A stretch of DNA of 64,000 bases from Acidobacteriota bacterium (GTDB lineage Bacteria; Acidobacteriota; CAIWXX01): the NCBI GenBank assembly GCA_040755995.1, contig JBFMAF010000028.1, positions 64,001 to 128,000 of the forward strand, read 5' to 3'. The first letter of the stretch is position 1, and each line of letters starts with the position of its first letter. Positions 9,996 to 20,598 of the stretch are shown here, piece by piece. The notes beneath the pieces were generated by a model. It was not told the origin of the DNA, searched no databases, and worked only from the letters and a program-made list of their open reading frames with translations. The position numbers and the translations under genes are program-made.

Positions 9996-10490
9996 GTGTC
10001 AAACTCAGCCCTCGCCCATCGAGTCCTCGTTGCAGCATCCGTTTTCAATCTCGCCGCCATCTGGTTGGCGCCGGCAATGGTGCCGGATTCCCTCGTGTGC
10101 ATCGGCCAACGGATCGCCTACTCGGCGGTTTGTCACCAGCGCGAGGACCGGACGCTCCGTCTGGACGGCGTGCCGATGCCGGTCTGCTCGAGGTGCGCGG
10201 CGATCTACACGGGGCTCACAGCCGGGCTGCTACTGCCGCTCATCTGCGCGCCGCGGCGGCGCGCGATCGCCCTCGGCCTGCTCCTGGTCGCGGTGGAGAT
10301 CGCAGGCGAGAAGACGGGTTTTTCTGCAAGCAACCTCACCAGGTTCCTCGCGTCACTGCCGCTTGCGTTGATGGTGGGCGCGTCGGTGCGGCGGGCGCTT
10401 GCGGGCGGCATTCAGACCACTGGATCCGCCGACAGCCTATTCATCAATACAGCAATTGAAAGCCGACTCAAAGAAGGGAGTACACCGTGA
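9996..10490 (+). CDS. DUF2085-like membrane protein
   Basis: CHQxxDR and PVCSRCxxIYxG motifs, hydrophobic helices. Start inferred from the promoter position. Confidence 0.7.
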   Translation: MSNSALAHRVLVAASVFNLAAIWLAPAMVPDSLVCIGQRIAYSAVCHQREDRTLRLDGVPMPVCSRCAAIYTGLTAGLLLPLICAPRRRAIALGLLLVAVEIAGEKTGFSASNLTRFLASLPLALMVGASVRRALAGGIQTTGSADSLFINTAIESRLKEGSTP

Positions 10491-11014
10491 ACCAGCAAGG
10501 GAACTATTGGAAACCCGCGCTTTTTGGAGGGCTCGCCACCGGATTCCTCTCATGGGTGCCCGTGATCAGCGCAGGTAACTGCCTGTGTTGTATGTGGGTG
10601 ATTGCCGGAGGAGTACTGGCAACATACTTCCTCTCGCAGCAATCGCAGGGTTCCGTATCGGCCGGCGATGGAGCGCTGGTCGGACTGATGAGCGGCCTTA
10701 TCGGGGCTCTCGTCACGACGATCCTGAACCTCGTGACTCTGCCCCTCATGGGGCTGTCGGCTCTGCGCAAGCAGCTGGACCAGATGAGAAACCTTCCGGG
10801 GCTGCCGCCGGAAGCTCGCCGGGTCTTCGAAGGGATCGCGTTCGAGGGAGGCTTCGTTCTGGTGATTCTACTGATAGTGCTGGTGGTCTCCCTCGTCATC
10901 TTCTCGATCTTCGGTACCCTCGGCGGCCTGCTCGGCTCCCTGCTCTTCGGCAAGAAGCAGCAGATGCTTCCGCCCGCGCCCCCGCTGCCCCCAGCCCCGC
11001 CGCCGATTGGGTAG
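10487..11014 (+). CDS. Hypothetical membrane protein (about 4 TM) with Pro-rich tail
   Basis: Hydrophobic segments, CLCCMW motif; GTGA overlap with the upstream gene. Confidence 0.75.
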   Translation: MNQQGNYWKPALFGGLATGFLSWVPVISAGNCLCCMWVIAGGVLATYFLSQQSQGSVSAGDGALVGLMSGLIGALVTTILNLVTLPLMGLSALRKQLDQMRNLPGLPPEARRVFEGIAFEGGFVLVILLIVLVVSLVIFSIFGTLGGLLGSLLFGKKQQMLPPAPPLPPAPPPIG

Positions 11015-11047
11015 TAGAGAGTGGAGAGTAGAGAGTAGAGAGTGGAG
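11013..11047. repeat. Short tandem heptamer repeat (AGTAGAG/AGTGGAG) x5
   Basis: Read directly; a partial inverted copy lies near 11099-11115. Confidence 0.75.
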
Positions 11048-13618
11048 GTGAAGGCGGGTAGGCCGGCGCCCATCCACCCGGTCTCCACCCCACGCGGTCT
11101 ACTCTCTACTTCTCTCCTCCTCGCTACAGCCCTTCCTCTTGCAGCAGCGTCCCCTCAAACAACGTCGGCCCCTGTACGCTTCGCGTGGCCTCTGGAAATC
11201 AACGACGGGTTCTCCTCGACCTTCGGCGAGTACCGCACGAACCACCTCCACGGCGGCATCGACTTCAAGACGCGGGGCCAGAGCGGCTTCAAGGTGTTCG
11301 CCGCCGCCGACGGTGAGATTTTCCGGATCAAGTGCGAGCGGCGCGGCTACGGGAAGGTGATCTATGTGCGCCATCCCGACGACTGGGTGACAGTGTATGC
11401 GCATCTCGAGGCCTTCGAGAACGAGGTACTGAGGCTGGAGGACCTGCTCGCGCGCCTGCAGCAGGCGGCACGGATGCCTTATCCGGGCGACTACTACCTC
11501 GAAGAGCCGCTACCGGTATCTCGAGGACAAGTCATCGGGTACTCGGGCGAAAGCGGAGCCGGCCTGCCACATCTCCATTTCGAGACCCGCGTGGGGGAGC
11601 TCGAACAGGTCAATCCGTTTCTGGCCGGGTTTGACTGGGCGGGCGACTCGACACCGCCCACCGTACTCTCGGCGACGCTGATTCCGGACGGAGCCGCGGC
11701 CACGGTGATGAATGGGAAGCTGCCCAGGACCGTGCCGTTCCAGAGGAGCGGCGATCGATTCGTCTGGCAGCAGCCGGTGTGGGTCGAGCCGCCGCTGCGC
11801 CTGCTGGTGACAGCGTTCGACGTCGAAGGAACGACGAACAATACATGCAGCCTTTACTCGCTTGTCGTCTCGATCGATGGGGACACGATTTACAGGCTCG
11901 ATAGCGACCGTTTCTCACTGAGGCCCGCGCTTAGAGTCGGGCTCGTCTTCGACTTGAACCGCAACGGCAAGTTCCCCCATGCGTTCACCTACACGCTGGA
12001 TCCCAGAGTCAGCGACTACCTTTCGATCGCTCATTCGCGATTCCCCGTCGAGAGCCTGCCCCTGGGGATACACCACCTGGAGATCGTCGCCTCCGATGTC
12101 TGGGGCAACGCCATGACAGCCGCAGGCGACCTGATCGTGCCGTCCCATCCACTGCTGCAGTTCGGCAACGCACGCGAGGTGGAGACCGGCGTCTTCGAAC
12201 TGCCGTGGTCGGTGACGGGGAGGCGTGGGGCGTCCGAGGAGGTGGTTGTCGAGGTCTCACGAGATGGAGCCGAGACGTTCGCGCCGGTTCGGGTGGAGAC
12301 TCCGCAGGATGCCAGCGGCCTGGTCCGGGTCCTCGCGAGCAGCCCCATCTACAGCCCCGAGCTCATCGTGCGGGGACACGTGCGAGGTGTCGCCAGCATC
12401 AGCGAGTGCGCCGTGGCCACAGTGAACCTGCTGGCCTCCCCGATCTCCCCGATCCAGGCAATCGACATCGATTCCGAGGGACGCCTCACCGTGGACCTGA
12501 AACGCGCCGTGGCCTACACTCTGCGTGCGATTGGATTCGAACCGTTCGCCGAATGGCCGCCGCAGACCATCAGCGCTTCAGGATTGGCAGCGGCCACGAG
12601 GCGCCGGGTCTTCAGTCGCCCCCGGTCCAACTCCAGACGCCTCTACGCCCAGATCGAGTTCGACGGCACCGGCCAGACCGGCGAGGCACCGACTGCCTTT
12701 CTCGTCCCGTGGGTGGCAAGTACCGATGGGACGAGCCACCTGCTCTACCCGAACAGGAACTTCGCGGCTCTGCAGGTCACGTTTGATCGACCGCAGACGA
12801 CGTGGGACGGCATCGGCCAGGTCGACTACCCGGATCACACGCGGCAGCAGCTGAGGTTCGAGCGGATGGATGAGCGCCGATTCACAGCCTCGCTCGCGCC
12901 GCCGCCGATGACCGGCGCCGCCGTCGTGAGCTTTCTCTCGCGCACAATCAGGGTCGACATCCGTCGAGTCCACGCCGACAGTTCGCAGAGGTTCGTCGAT
13001 GGAAACTTCATCGTCACCTTTGAACGCGGCGCCGCGTACTCCGACTTCTTCCTCTGGACGATGCGCGGGCAGCCGTGGAGCGACCCGCTCCTGCGCCAGG
13101 TAGGCGATATCTTTCGCCTGGCCCCCGAAGGCGAGCCCCTGGCCGACGACGCTCACATCCAGATGCAATATCCATCTACAATCCGTGACCCGCTGAAGCT
13201 CGGCATCTACAGCTGGGACTCAGAGGGCTTCTGGGTTTATGAGAACACGGGGTTCGACCGCCACCACCGCCTCGCGTCAGCCTCGGTGATGCGCCTCGGC
13301 CTCTACGCGCTCCTGGAAGACCGCGCCAGGCCAACCGTCAAGATCATCTATCCGCGGCCTTCTTCGCGCGTCAGTCGCGACAAGCTCCGCTCCCTCTTGG
13401 TCGAGATCGAGGATTACGGCAAAGGAGTCGACGAAGGATCGATTCAGGTCACGCTGGATGGGCGCAAGCTCGCGGCCTACTACGACCCAGACAGGCACTG
13501 GGCTGCCTACGTCATCAAGAACCCGCTGAAGATCGGCCGCCATACCCTTCGCGCTTCCGCGCGCGACCTCGCGGGCAACTACGGGATTCCTGCCGCGGGC
13601 GTGTTCTATGCGAAGTGA
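11042..13618 (+). CDS. M23-family metallopeptidase with long C-terminal extension
   Basis: FGEYRTNHLHGGIDF (HxxxD), YAHL, PHLHFE (HxH); signal-like N-terminus; Ig-like C-terminus (ARDLAGN). Start uncertain. Confidence 0.85.
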   Translation: MEVKAGRPAPIHPVSTPRGLLSTSLLLATALPLAAASPQTTSAPVRFAWPLEINDGFSSTFGEYRTNHLHGGIDFKTRGQSGFKVFAAADGEIFRIKCERRGYGKVIYVRHPDDWVTVYAHLEAFENEVLRLEDLLARLQQAARMPYPGDYYLEEPLPVSRGQVIGYSGESGAGLPHLHFETRVGELEQVNPFLAGFDWAGDSTPPTVLSATLIPDGAAATVMNGKLPRTVPFQRSGDRFVWQQPVWVEPPLRLLVTAFDVEGTTNNTCSLYSLVVSIDGDTIYRLDSDRFSLRPALRVGLVFDLNRNGKFPHAFTYTLDPRVSDYLSIAHSRFPVESLPLGIHHLEIVASDVWGNAMTAAGDLIVPSHPLLQFGNAREVETGVFELPWSVTGRRGASEEVVVEVSRDGAETFAPVRVETPQDASGLVRVLASSPIYSPELIVRGHVRGVASISECAVATVNLLASPISPIQAIDIDSEGRLTVDLKRAVAYTLRAIGFEPFAEWPPQTISASGLAAATRRRVFSRPRSNSRRLYAQIEFDGTGQTGEAPTAFLVPWVASTDGTSHLLYPNRNFAALQVTFDRPQTTWDGIGQVDYPDHTRQQLRFERMDERRFTASLAPPPMTGAAVVSFLSRTIRVDIRRVHADSSQRFVDGNFIVTFERGAAYSDFFLWTMRGQPWSDPLLRQVGDIFRLAPEGEPLADDAHIQMQYPSTIRDPLKLGIYSWDSEGFWVYENTGFDRHHRLASASVMRLGLYALLEDRARPTVKIIYPRPSSRVSRDKLRSLLVEIEDYGKGVDEGSIQVTLDGRKLAAYYDPDRHWAAYVIKNPLKIGRHTLRASARDLAGNYGIPAAGVFYAK

Positions 13619-13741
13619 CCCGTTCCGCAGCCATCCTCGACAACGCCCAGATCGTTGAGTCGACGAACCACCCGCTGGCGCTCAGGCCGACCTCTCCACG
13701 GATGCAAGAGCGACACGACTGGACTTCGGTAATAGCTCAAA

Positions 13742-13771
13742 CTTGACAAAGATACACTCAAGAATTATATT
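13742..13771 (+). promoter_or_regulatory. dnaK promoter with overlapping HAIR-like (HspR) operator
   Basis: TTGACA(13743)-N17-TATATT; CTTGACA-N7-ACTCAAG at 13742-13762 versus the HAIR consensus CTTGAGT-N7-ACTCAAG. Confidence 0.8.
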
Positions 13772-13803
13772 GGTATGGGACTAAGGATAGATGGAGTGAC
13801 AGC

Positions 13804-15705
13804 ATGAGCAAAATCATCGGGATAGACCTGGGCACCACGAACTCGGTGGTGGCAGTGATGGAGGGTGGAGAGCCTGTAGTTATCACGAACCCTGAGGGGA
13901 GCAGGCTGACCCCCTCGGTTGTTGCCTTCACGAAGTCGGGCGAGCGGCTCGTCGGTCAGGTGGCAAAGCGGCAGGCGGTGACGAACCCGACAAACACGGT
14001 GTTTTCTATCAAGCGCTTCATGGGTCGTCGTTATGGCGAGGTCAACGAGGAGATCAAGCTGGTGCCGTACAAGGTGACCCAGGCGCCCAACGGCGATGCG
14101 CGGGTCGAGATCATGGGTAAGCAGTACTCCCCGCCGGAGATCTCCGCGATGATACTACAGAAGATGAAGGCGTCGGCGGAGGCGTACTTGGGCGAGAAGA
14201 TAGAGAAAGCCGTCGTGACGGTGCCGGCATATTTCAACGACAGCCAGCGGCAGGCCACCAAGGATGCCGGCAAGATCTCCGGGCTCGACGTGGTGAGAAT
14301 CGTGAACGAACCGACGGCGGCAGCCCTCGCCTACGGGCTCGACAAGAAGAAGGATGAAACCATCGCCGTGTACGACTTCGGTGGCGGAACCTTCGACATC
14401 TCCATTCTGGAGGTCGGCGAGGGTGTGGTCGAGGTCAAGTCGACCAACGGCGACACGCACCTCGGCGGCGACGACATCGACCAGCGGGTCATCGACTGGA
14501 TCGTGGACGAATTCATCAAAGACCAGGGGATCGACCTCAGCAAGGACCCGATGGCGATGCAGCGGCTCAAGGAGACCGCGGAGAAGGCGAAGATCGAGCT
14601 CTCGACCACACTCGAGACCGACATCAACCTGCCGTTCATCACCGCCGACGCAGCGGGCCCGAAGCACCTGGTCATGAAGCTCACCAGGTCAAAACTGGAG
14701 CAGCTCGCGGATGATCTGATCCAGCGCACCGTCGGGCCCTGCAAGCAGGCCATCAAGGACGCGGGGATCTCGCCCCAACAGATCAACGAGGTTGTGCTGG
14801 TCGGGGGCTCCACGCGCATTCCGAAGGTGCAGGAACAGGTGCGCGAGCTCTTCGGCAGGGAGCCCCACAAGGGCGTCAACCCGGACGAGGTTGTGGCGGT
14901 CGGAGCCGCCGTGCAGGCGGGCGTCCTGGCAGGTGACGTCAAGGACCTGTTGCTCCTGGATGTGACGCCGCTGACGCTCGGCATCGAGACGCTCGGCGGT
15001 GTCTTCACGAAACTCATCGAACGCAACACCACAATTCCGACGCGCAAGAGCGAGATCTTCTCGACGGCCGCCGACAACCAGACGCAGGTCGAGATCCACG
15101 TGCTGCAGGGCGAACGCCCGATGGCATCGGACAACCGTACGCTGGGCAAGTTCCACCTGGTGGGTATCCCGTCGGCTCCGCGCGGCGTTCCCCAGATCGA
15201 GGTCACCTTCGATATCGATGCCAACGGCATCCTCAACGTTTCGGCGAAGGACCTCGGGACGGGCCGCGAGCAGAAGATCACTATCACATCCTCCTCGGGC
15301 CTCAACAAGGATGAGATCGACAAGATGGTCAGAGAGGCGCAGACGCATTCGGACGACGATCGCCGCAAGCAGGCGGAGATCGAGCTGCGCAACCGCGCCG
15401 ACAGCATGATCTACACAACCGAGAAGACTCTCGCCGAGCATCGGGACAAGGTGCCGTCTGAAGATGCGCGGGCCGTCGAGGACGCGATCGCGATGACGAA
15501 GAAGGCCATGGACAGCGGATCCTCGGATCAGATCCATTCGGCCCTCGAGACCCTCACCAGGGCGTCGCACAAGCTGGCCGAGTCGATCTACAAGGGCACC
15601 TCGCGCGCCCAGCCGCAGGCCGAACGCGCCGGGGAGGGAGCAGGCCAGAAGAAGGCCGACGATGTGATCGACGCCGAGTTCGTCGACGAAGAAGGCAAGA
15701 AGTAG
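13804..15705 (+). CDS. dnaK: Chaperone DnaK (Hsp70)
   Basis: [47 protein letters not shown] tail. Confidence 0.99.
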   Translation: MSKIIGIDLGTTNSVVAVMEGGEPVVITNPEGSRLTPSVVAFTKSGERLVGQVAKRQAVTNPTNTVFSIKRFMGRRYGEVNEEIKLVPYKVTQAPNGDARVEIMGKQYSPPEISAMILQKMKASAEAYLGEKIEKAVVTVPAYFNDSQRQATKDAGKISGLDVVRIVNEPTAAALAYGLDKKKDETIAVYDFGGGTFDISILEVGEGVVEVKSTNGDTHLGGDDIDQRVIDWIVDEFIKDQGIDLSKDPMAMQRLKETAEKAKIELSTTLETDINLPFITADAAGPKHLVMKLTRSKLEQLADDLIQRTVGPCKQAIKDAGISPQQINEVVLVGGSTRIPKVQEQVRELFGREPHKGVNPDEVVAVGAAVQAGVLAGDVKDLLLLDVTPLTLGIETLGGVFTKLIERNTTIPTRKSEIFSTAADNQTQVEIHVLQGERPMASDNRTLGKFHLVGIPSAPRGVPQIEVTFDIDANGILNVSAKDLGTGREQKITITSSSGLNKDEIDKMVREAQTHSDDDRRKQAEIELRNRADSMIYTTEKTLAEHRDKVPSEDARAVEDAIAMTKKAMDSGSSDQIHSALETLTRASHKLAESIYKGTSRAQPQAERAGEGAGQKKADDVIDAEFVDEEGKK

Positions 15706-15757
15706 AGGCCATGAGAACGCGCGCGCGAGGCGAGCCTCCGCGCGCCGCCAGGCGGCC

Positions 15758-16879
15758 ATGGAACCGAAGGACTACTACAAGATCCTCGGGGTCGGCCGCG
15801 ATGCGTCGACCGCGGAGATAAAGAAGGCCTACAAAAAGCTCGCTCGCAAGTTTCATCCCGACTTGAATCCGGGGGACAAGGCGGCCGAGGGCCGGTTCAA
15901 AGAGGTCAGCGAAGCACACGACGTCCTGACCGACCCTCAGAAGCGCGAGAAGTACGACCGTTTCGGCACGATTTCGGACTTCGGAGGTGCCGGCCCCGGG
16001 ACGACCCACACCTACGGGTTCGAGGGGTTCGACTGGAGCGACTCTTCGCAGTTCGGCTCCACCTCTTTCAAGGACATCTTCTCCGACCTCTTTCGCGGTG
16101 CATTCGGCGGGCAGCAGGACGAGGAACAACAAGCGCCCGCAGGCGACGATATCCAGTACACGATGAACCTGGGCTTCGAGGACGCGATGCGCGGCCTGAC
16201 GACGCGAATCCAGGTGGCGAGACTGCAGCACTGCCCGCGCTGCCGCGGCGCAGGGAGGGATACGGGAGCCGAGCGCACCTGCCCTTCCTGCAACGGGACC
16301 GGGCGGGTCATGATGCAGAAGGGACACATGCGGTTCGCGTCCGCGTGCACGCGATGCCAGGGAAAGGGCAAAGAGCGCGGCAGCCCATGCAGCGAGTGCC
16401 ACGGGGATGGGCGGCAGGAGGTCACCGAGGCGCTGCGGGTCCGCATCCCTCCCGGTGTCGAGACCGGTTCGAAGGTGCGCATCGCCGGGAAGGGGAATGC
16501 CGGCCGCGGAGGCGGACCGACCGGCGACCTGTACATCATCACGAATGTCTCGTCGCACCCGTTCTTCACGCGTGAGGGTGACAACATCTACTGCACAATC
16601 CCCGTCACGGTGACCGAGGCGGCGCTGGGGACGAAGATCGACGTCCCGACTCTGGACGGCACCGCCGTCATGAAGATACCACCGGGCACCCAGAGCGGGC
16701 AGAAATTCCGGCTGCGCGAGAAAGGCGCCCAGTCGCTCCGCACCAACCTCCGCGGCGACCAGTTCGTCGAAGTGCGGATCGTGATGCCGCAGATCAAGGA
16801 TGAGCGATCGAAGGAGATTCTCCGCGAGCTCGCGCGCTTGAATCCGTGGAATCCAAGGGAGCATCTCAAGACGTCATGA
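15758..16879 (+). CDS. dnaJ: Chaperone DnaJ
   Basis: J-domain with HPD, G/F region, four CxxCxGxG motifs. Confidence 0.97.
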   Translation: MEPKDYYKILGVGRDASTAEIKKAYKKLARKFHPDLNPGDKAAEGRFKEVSEAHDVLTDPQKREKYDRFGTISDFGGAGPGTTHTYGFEGFDWSDSSQFGSTSFKDIFSDLFRGAFGGQQDEEQQAPAGDDIQYTMNLGFEDAMRGLTTRIQVARLQHCPRCRGAGRDTGAERTCPSCNGTGRVMMQKGHMRFASACTRCQGKGKERGSPCSECHGDGRQEVTEALRVRIPPGVETGSKVRIAGKGNAGRGGGPTGDLYIITNVSSHPFFTREGDNIYCTIPVTVTEAALGTKIDVPTLDGTAVMKIPPGTQSGQKFRLREKGAQSLRTNLRGDQFVEVRIVMPQIKDERSKEILRELARLNPWNPREHLKTS

Positions 16880-17310
16880 AGAAGAGCGAAAGACGCTATT
16901 TCATGATCAGCACCGTCGCGCAGAGCTATGGCATACATCCGCAGACGCTGCGACTCTATGAGCGGGAGGGCCTTCTGAAGCCGTCGCGCACCGTCGGCAA
17001 CACCCGCGTATATACCGAGAGCGATCTGAAGCAGCTGGAGGTCATTCTGAATCTCACGCGGGATCTCGGCGTGAACCTCGCGGGGGTCGAGATCATTTTG
17101 AACATGCGGAACAAGATGGAGCGCATGCAGGGGGAGATCAACGACTTTCTCAAGTTCCTGGGCGAAGAGCTGCAGCATGGGGCCAACGCGCGGCGCACCG
17201 AACCCAAGCACGCCCTCATGCGCATCGCTCAGACAAAGCTGATCCGGGTGAGCGACGACGCCGCCGAGGCGATGCCCGGCGGGCCCCGGGAAGACAAGGG
17301 CCGGCGGTAG
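16876..17310 (+). CDS. hspR: MerR-family heat-shock repressor (HspR-like)
   Basis: [29 protein letters not shown]...[16 protein letters not shown]-coupled to dnaJ. Confidence 0.88.
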   Translation: MKKSERRYFMISTVAQSYGIHPQTLRLYEREGLLKPSRTVGNTRVYTESDLKQLEVILNLTRDLGVNLAGVEIILNMRNKMERMQGEINDFLKFLGEELQHGANARRTEPKHALMRIAQTKLIRVSDDAAEAMPGGPREDKGRR

Positions 17311-17510
17311 CAAGGGCAGGGCCTCAGAACCACGAGGCATGTCCGCCTCCGCCGTACCCGGGCCGGAGGCCGGTACCCGAACGCGTACACGATCGTGATA
17401 CTGCGGGATCGTCATCGATTGCAGGCCGGCGCATCCCTTCGCCCAGACTCCGGTGATCCACCCGCTGCGGCGTTCGCTGTTTTTCCCCGACCGGGCGTAT
17501 AATAGGGGCG

Positions 17511-18377
17511 GTGTCGAAGATGGGCCACAAGCATCACTCGCTGGACAAGCTCTCGACTGACAACCTGAGGCTCTACCTGCGAGAGATCTCGCGCATGCCT
17601 GCGCTGACGCACGAAGAGGAGCTCGAGCTGGGCGAGAAGGCGAGGCAGGGGGATGAGGAGGCGATCCACAGGCTGGTCGAGTCCAATCTGCGCTTCGTGG
17701 TCGCTTATGCCAAGCGGTACAAGCACATGAACGTGAACTTCATGGACCTGATCAACGCGGGCAACCTGGGCCTCCTTGAGGCTGCCCGCCGGTACAATCC
17801 CGACAGGAACCTGCGTTTCATCACTTACGCGGTGTGGTGGATCCGCCAGGCCATCCTGTCGTCCCTGTCCAGCCAGAGCCGGGCCTTTTCGGTGCCTCAG
17901 CGCGTGGCGAACCTGCTCTACCGAATCGGCAAGAAGTCGCACCATCTCTCGCACGAACTGAACCGCGAGCCGTCGAACGCAGAACTGGCCGACAGCTTCG
18001 ACATGACCGACGCGCAGATGGACGACCTGCTGGCGCTCGATGCGAAGGAGGTGTCGCTCAACCAGCAGGTAGGTGAAGAAGACAGCCGCGACATCGAGAG
18101 CGTGCTCGAGGTCCCGACCGTGGATCCGGTCGAAGATGCGATGATACGCGAATCGTTGCTGCAGCAGATCGACGAGTCGCTCAACGAGCTCGATCCGAAG
18201 GAGCGCGAAGTCATAAGCCTGCGGTTCGGGTTGGATGGGGGCGAGGCGAGGACGCTGAAGGAAGTGGGCGACCTTCTTCGCCTGTCGCGCGAGCGCGTGC
18301 GCCAGATCGAGGCCCGCGCGAAGCACAAGCTCAGGCAGAGCCAGAAGTTCCGTTCGCTGCTCGGATACCTGAACTGA
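17511..18377 (+). CDS. Sigma-70 family factor, RpoD/RpoS-like, lacking region 1.1
   Basis: LYLREI, LVESNLRFVV, DLINAGNLGL, TYAVWWIRQAI, TLKEVG...SRERVRQIE. TATAAT lies 7 nt upstream of the GTG. Confidence 0.93.
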   Translation: MSKMGHKHHSLDKLSTDNLRLYLREISRMPALTHEEELELGEKARQGDEEAIHRLVESNLRFVVAYAKRYKHMNVNFMDLINAGNLGLLEAARRYNPDRNLRFITYAVWWIRQAILSSLSSQSRAFSVPQRVANLLYRIGKKSHHLSHELNREPSNAELADSFDMTDAQMDDLLALDAKEVSLNQQVGEEDSRDIESVLEVPTVDPVEDAMIRESLLQQIDESLNELDPKEREVISLRFGLDGGEARTLKEVGDLLRLSRERVRQIEARAKHKLRQSQKFRSLLGYLN

Positions 18378-18492
18378 CGACAGCCGTGTCTGCGCGAGCC
18401 GCTTCGAAACTCACAGTACCAGCCGAACGCGCACTGCGTGCGACGCTGGGCCGCGGTGACGCGGTGACGCCGTGAGCCGGACGGAGATTGCG

Positions 18493-19332
18493 ATGACCAA
18501 GGCGGGTGTCTGCGAGAAGTGCGGAGGCACGGGATGGGTCATCGAGACGCGGGGAGGCACGAAGCTGGCCAACCGGTGCCGGTGCGTTCTGGAGTCACGG
18601 AGGAAGCGGGATCCCCGGGATGTCGGGGTCCCCGAGCGCTACGCTGACTGCACGCTTGATGGACTGGAAGACAAGAACGCCACCATCAAGGCAGCCAGGA
18701 AGACAGCGAGGAAGTTCATCGAGGACTACCCGGCGGTGAAGGAGGGGCTTTTGTTCATCGGGCCTCCGGGTGTTGGCAAGACGCATATCGCCGTCGCGAT
18801 CTTGAAGGAGATCCTCCGAAAGACGGGCGACCGCTGCCTGTTCTGCGATTACCGGGACCTGCTGATGCAGATCCAGCACAGCTACGATCCTGCTTCAGAG
18901 GTGACAGAGGTGGAGATTCTGGACCCCGTGCTGAACTGTAAGGTACTGTTGTTGGATGAATTGGCCTCTCGCAAGGTGACCGCCTGGATGCACGACATGA
19001 TGTTCTACGTCCTCAATCAACGTTACAGCAACAACATGATCACACTGATCACTACCAACTTCCTTGACTCCGAGACCCTAGCCAGCAGACGCCGGCGCGG
19101 GACAGCCGAGAACGGGCATGTGGAGAAGTCCTGGTCCACGCCGCTGACGTATCCCAAGGATTCTGGGACCCCGATCAGCTCTCCATCGAAGGACAAAGAT
19201 GAGGAGAGCCTGGAAGAACGGATCGGTGTGCGTGCCGTCAGTCGCATCCACGAGATGTGCAAGTTCGTGCCCATGGAGGGCGAGGACTATCGCAGGGCAA
19301 TCATTCACAAGAAACACGGCCGGCTGGATTGA
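18493..19332 (+). CDS. DnaC/DnaI/IstB-like AAA+ ATPase with N-terminal Cys cluster
   Basis: CEKCGGTGW...CRC, GPPGVGKTH, LLLDEL, ITTN, ERIGVRAVSRIHEMC. Confidence 0.85.
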   Translation: MTKAGVCEKCGGTGWVIETRGGTKLANRCRCVLESRRKRDPRDVGVPERYADCTLDGLEDKNATIKAARKTARKFIEDYPAVKEGLLFIGPPGVGKTHIAVAILKEILRKTGDRCLFCDYRDLLMQIQHSYDPASEVTEVEILDPVLNCKVLLLDELASRKVTAWMHDMMFYVLNQRYSNNMITLITTNFLDSETLASRRRRGTAENGHVEKSWSTPLTYPKDSGTPISSPSKDKDEESLEERIGVRAVSRIHEMCKFVPMEGEDYRRAIIHKKHGRLD

Positions 19333-19409
19333 TGTGCGGTTTGGAAAAGATAGAGCCGGCCCCGCAGTACCATTACGACATCTGTAGTAATAAGGAGGCG
19401 CATCCGATC

Positions 19410-20402
19410 ATGATCGAGCTGGACCAGCAGCGAATCAACGAGAAAGTCATCAGAGAGAGCGCGTTCGCCGAGGCACTTGTCGGCGAGATCAAGAAGGTGA
19501 TCGTCGGGCAGATGTACCTCCTGGATCGCCTTCTAGTGGGACTTCTGGCCAACGGCCACATCCTGCTGGAAGGCGTGCCGGGGCTTGCGAAGACGCTGGC
19601 AGTCAAGACCTTCGCACAGACGATCAACACCGCCTTCCAGCGCATCCAGTTCACCCCGGACCTGCTCCCTGCCGACCTCATCGGCACCATGGTCTACAAC
19701 CCGAAGGACCAGACCTTCTACGCGCGCAAGGGGCCGATTTTTACGAACATCCTGCTGGCCGACGAGATCAATCGCGCGCCGGCCAAGGTTCAAAGCGCGC
19801 TGCTGGAGGCCATGCAGGAGCGGCAGGTGACGATCGGAGAGACCAGCTACAAGCTCACCGAGCCCTTCATGGTGCTCGCCACTCAAAACCCGATCGAGTC
19901 CGAGGGCACGTACGCGCTGCCGGAGGCCCAGGTCGACCGATTCATGCTGAAGCTCAAGATCGACTACCCCGACAAGAAGGAAGAGAAGGCCATCATGGAA
20001 CGGATGGTCCCCGGAGACGAGATCCCGGTCGACACCGTCGCCACGCCCGAGACCATCCTCCACGCCCGCCAGGTCGTGAAGGACATCTACGTAGACGAGC
20101 GCATCAAGGACTACATCGTCGACATCGTGTTCGCCACGCGCTTCCCTGACCAGTACGGCCTGGAGGACCTCAAGGGCCTCGTGCAGTACGGCGCTTCGCC
20201 GCGCGCCACGCTCTATCTGACGCAGGCCGGCAAGGCCCATGCCTTCATGCGCATGCGCGGCTACGTCACACCGGAGGACGTGAAATCAATCGGCTACGAC
20301 ATCCTGCGCCACAGAATCATCCTCTCGTACGAGGCCGAGGCCGAGGAGATCACGACCGAAGACGTGATCCGCAAGATCTTCGACAAGATCCCGGTCCCGT
20401 AG
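19410..20402 (+). CDS. MoxR-family AAA ATPase
   Basis: LLEGVPGLAKT, RIQFTPDLLPAD, LADEINRAPAKVQSALLEAMQE, ATQNPIE; AAGGAGG RBS. Confidence 0.95.
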   Translation: MIELDQQRINEKVIRESAFAEALVGEIKKVIVGQMYLLDRLLVGLLANGHILLEGVPGLAKTLAVKTFAQTINTAFQRIQFTPDLLPADLIGTMVYNPKDQTFYARKGPIFTNILLADEINRAPAKVQSALLEAMQERQVTIGETSYKLTEPFMVLATQNPIESEGTYALPEAQVDRFMLKLKIDYPDKKEEKAIMERMVPGDEIPVDTVATPETILHARQVVKDIYVDERIKDYIVDIVFATRFPDQYGLEDLKGLVQYGASPRATLYLTQAGKAHAFMRMRGYVTPEDVKSIGYDILRHRIILSYEAEAEEITTEDVIRKIFDKIPVP

Positions 20403-20598
20403 CAGGCCCACCCAGTGGGTCGCCCATCGTGATCGTAGACGATGCCAGACACGAGGGTCCGTTCAAGTTCACGTCGACGTCCACGAGCACGAAGGCGCAT
20501 GCGATGGGCCGAGATGAGGATTGACACACCGTTCCCGAGACCTGTCTCAATCGCAACATGGTTCTTCACGAAGCCAATCTGAGGACCCGGAGGAGATC

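Noticed and set aside
13619..13803. CIRCE (HrcA) element upstream of dnaK
   Set aside because: No TTAGCACTC-N9-GAGTGCTAA; only the HAIR-like repeat is present.
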